DNA from: an uncultured Clostridia bacterium
Lineage (GTDB): Bacteria; Aerophobota; Aerophobia; Aerophobales; B3-G15
Assembly: GCA_964482715.1 (NCBI GenBank)
Contig: CAYZYX010000015.1
Location: 1-38,730, forward strand
DNA: 38,730 nt
Direction: 5' to 3'
The position numbers and the translations under genes are program-made. The notes below the pieces were generated by a model. The model was not told where the DNA came from, did not search any database, and saw only the letters and a program-made list of their open reading frames with translations. This document shows, in pieces, positions 37,250 through 38,730 of the stretch (positions within the stretch are counted from its first letter, which is position 1; every line of letters begins with the position of its first letter).

Positions 37250-37617
37250 TATCTTACCAGGTACAAAATGCAGAGTTTTATCCTTTCTTTATTTTATCAG
37301 GCACTTCCTCAACTTCGTGTGGAAATATGCAAATTACGACTCCCGTAGAGGCAGCTCAGGATATGACTAATCTTCTGGTAAAAGGAGGGGCGAAGGATGT
37401 TTTAACTTCGCTCCAATACGAATAATGGTTTCAGCCAAGGTAAAGATGAAAAATGTAGATGTGAGTATGGAACTTGAGACACTTTGTTATTTCTTATCAA
37501 GATTGTATCGCAGTTAATCAGGAAAGGAAGTTTCGCGTTTATCCTCTTTTTGCTTTTATTGCCCCTCAATCCTTTAAAAAGAAAAAGGATTTTTCAGCCA
37601 CCCTGTATTTTCAAATT

Positions 37618-38196
37618 TTAATACACAACCTTTTGAAAGTCAGTGGTGGTTATCTTAACCTCTTGAAAGGAAACCCTGTAATCTCGCTTCCAGAGCTGAC
37701 GCTCTATTTGGTCAAAAGGAGATTTGCCTTCAAAGAGTTTCGGTTGTAGACCGAGGAATATGACAAAACTATCATCTTTGCTTAAGCTGCCCACCGTGAA
37801 TTTTGCAGTATTTTCCTCTTTCTCCTCTAATTTTACTTTGCCCCAATATTTTCTTGAGTGAGCGGTGTAAATTTTATGAATTTCTGAGTTTAGATCAACC
37901 GCAGTGGTTATGTCCTCCACCTCAGACAACCCTTTATTCTTTACCAGAACCGTAATCCAGACATATTTATCTCTCATTTCTTCGGCATTCTCGTCTTTCC
38001 CGATTGCGGCCTTAAATAAATCCTCAAGTTCTGCAGGACCTCCAGCTATGACATGAATGTCTAAACGAGGACTAATCATATCTCTGTTGCTTTGAGCCAG
38101 ATTCTGGGCTCTATTAGCTATCACGTAAATGGTAATCAGAACCGCAGCTAACCCAATTACTCCCAACGTACTTAGAGTTTTACCCTTTGTACTCAT
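37618..38196 (-). CDS. Hypothetical membrane-anchored protein with a beta-rich (Ig-like?) domain
   Basis: RBS AAGGGGG, N-terminal TM helix, VLVKNKG and VGSL..DD pattern. Confidence 0.75.
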   Translation of the reverse strand: MSTKGKTLSTLGVIGLAAVLITIYVIANRAQNLAQSNRDMISPRLDIHVIAGGPAELEDLFKAAIGKDENAEEMRDKYVWITVLVKNKGLSEVEDITTAVDLNSEIHKIYTAHSRKYWGKVKLEEKEENTAKFTVGSLSKDDSFVIFLGLQPKLFEGKSPFDQIERQLWKRDYRVSFQEVKITTTDFQKVVY

Positions 38197-38401
38197 TTCT
38201 TGCCCCCTTCTTTTTTTATTTTTCTTTTAAAAATTTTTGGACAGGAGTATAAATTAGACTTTTTCTTTTTTTCAGGTTTTCGGCATCTTTTCTGAGGTTG
38301 GTCAGATAAAGAAAACAAGGAAAGATTTTTATGCAATCCTTTTTCGGGAGACTTTACAAAAAAATCCTTCGTGTATAAAAACCAAAAACCTATTTGATTC
38401 A

Positions 38402-38429
38402 ATTATACTACTTTATTAACACTTGTCAA
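38402..38429 (-). promoter_or_regulatory. Consensus sigma70 promoter
   Basis: TTGACA-16 bp-TATAAT on the minus strand, about 205 bp upstream of the ATG at 38196. Confidence 0.75.
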
Positions 38430-38430
38430 A

Positions 38431-38650
38431 CAAGTTGGGCTCTGAAATTATTTGAGTGTACGATGTCTTATTACAAAGAAAGTCTGGACGATGGTTTTGA
38501 TCTTGTCCTTTGATAATAGGAGAATTGGAATAATTTTCGATATCGGCTTTGGATATTAGTGTAGCCTTGATTCTTAAAATGATTGACGGTCATTAAAACG
38601 AGGTCATTATGGTCTTTTTGCGAACACCGTCACGGACGTCATTACGTCAA
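38431..38650 (-). pseudogene. Decayed small gene, possibly PD-(D/E)xK nuclease-like
   Basis: After RBS AAGGGAGGTG: in-frame stops, then DHNDLVLMTVNHFKNQGYTNI, a frameshift, then KADIENYSNSPIIKGQDQNHRPDFLCNK. Confidence 0.45.
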
Positions 38651-38730
38651 ATCCTCACCTCCCTTCATCTCACCTGAGTTCTCTCGGAAATTATTTGCCC
38701 ATCCCTGGTTAGCATCTCGCCAATCAGGGA

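Noticed and set aside
37250-37617. Intergenic stretch with short frame ...PVEAAQDMTNLLVKGGAKDVLTSLQYE and ORF 37474..37749
   Set aside because: Could be a gene remnant, but I cannot assign a family; the listed ORF overlaps the convergent gene and lacks an RBS
38270-38370. c-di-GMP-I riboswitch call
   Set aside because: The core GGCAAA/GACGCAAAG consensus is not matched; kept only as an unassigned structured leader
38193-38402. 69-aa ORF
   Set aside because: Its start lies inside the -10 box, composition is low-complexity, and the region is better explained as a leader
1-38730. CRISPR array, IS element, rRNA, selenoprotein read-through
   Set aside because: No spaced direct repeats, transposase, rRNA-like sequence or TGA-split redox gene seen by eye

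Overview
Low-GC bacterial chromosome window, probably from an anaerobic sugar fermenter (inferred from RnfC, HypAB and many carbohydrate ABC genes). Left end: a frameshifted tyrosine-recombinase remnant, a sigma70 promoter, tRNA-Leu(CAA), a small Cys-motif protein and a stand-alone MalK-type ATPase. Nearly everything from 2081 to 33767 is on the minus strand. (i) A mixed run in transcription order: rnfC (alone), an unannotated argD-like remnant, ROK kinase, PII-like protein, cation/H+ antiporter, short CinA, hypB, hypA. (ii) A ~17.5 kb IclR-headed catabolic cluster with two ATPase-less sugar ABC importers, an SDR, PIG-L deacetylase, Gfo/Idh/MocA oxidoreductase, MBL hydrolase, M20 amidohydrolase, PLP aminotransferase, Fe-S flavoenzyme (OYE-like), HpcH aldolase, Eda and KdgK. 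It matches no pathway I recognise and is the best candidate for an undescribed system. (iii) An FGGY kinase, HAD and AlsE/Rpe-like epimerase module. (iv) htrA, pyk, DUF2207, lemA. The right end has HU, several hypothetical proteins (one a large exported coiled-coil protein with Amidase_3-like motifs), a structured leader behind a consensus promoter, and another decayed gene. No CRISPR array, rRNA or intact mobile element was seen. All family calls are from motif recognition, not database searches.
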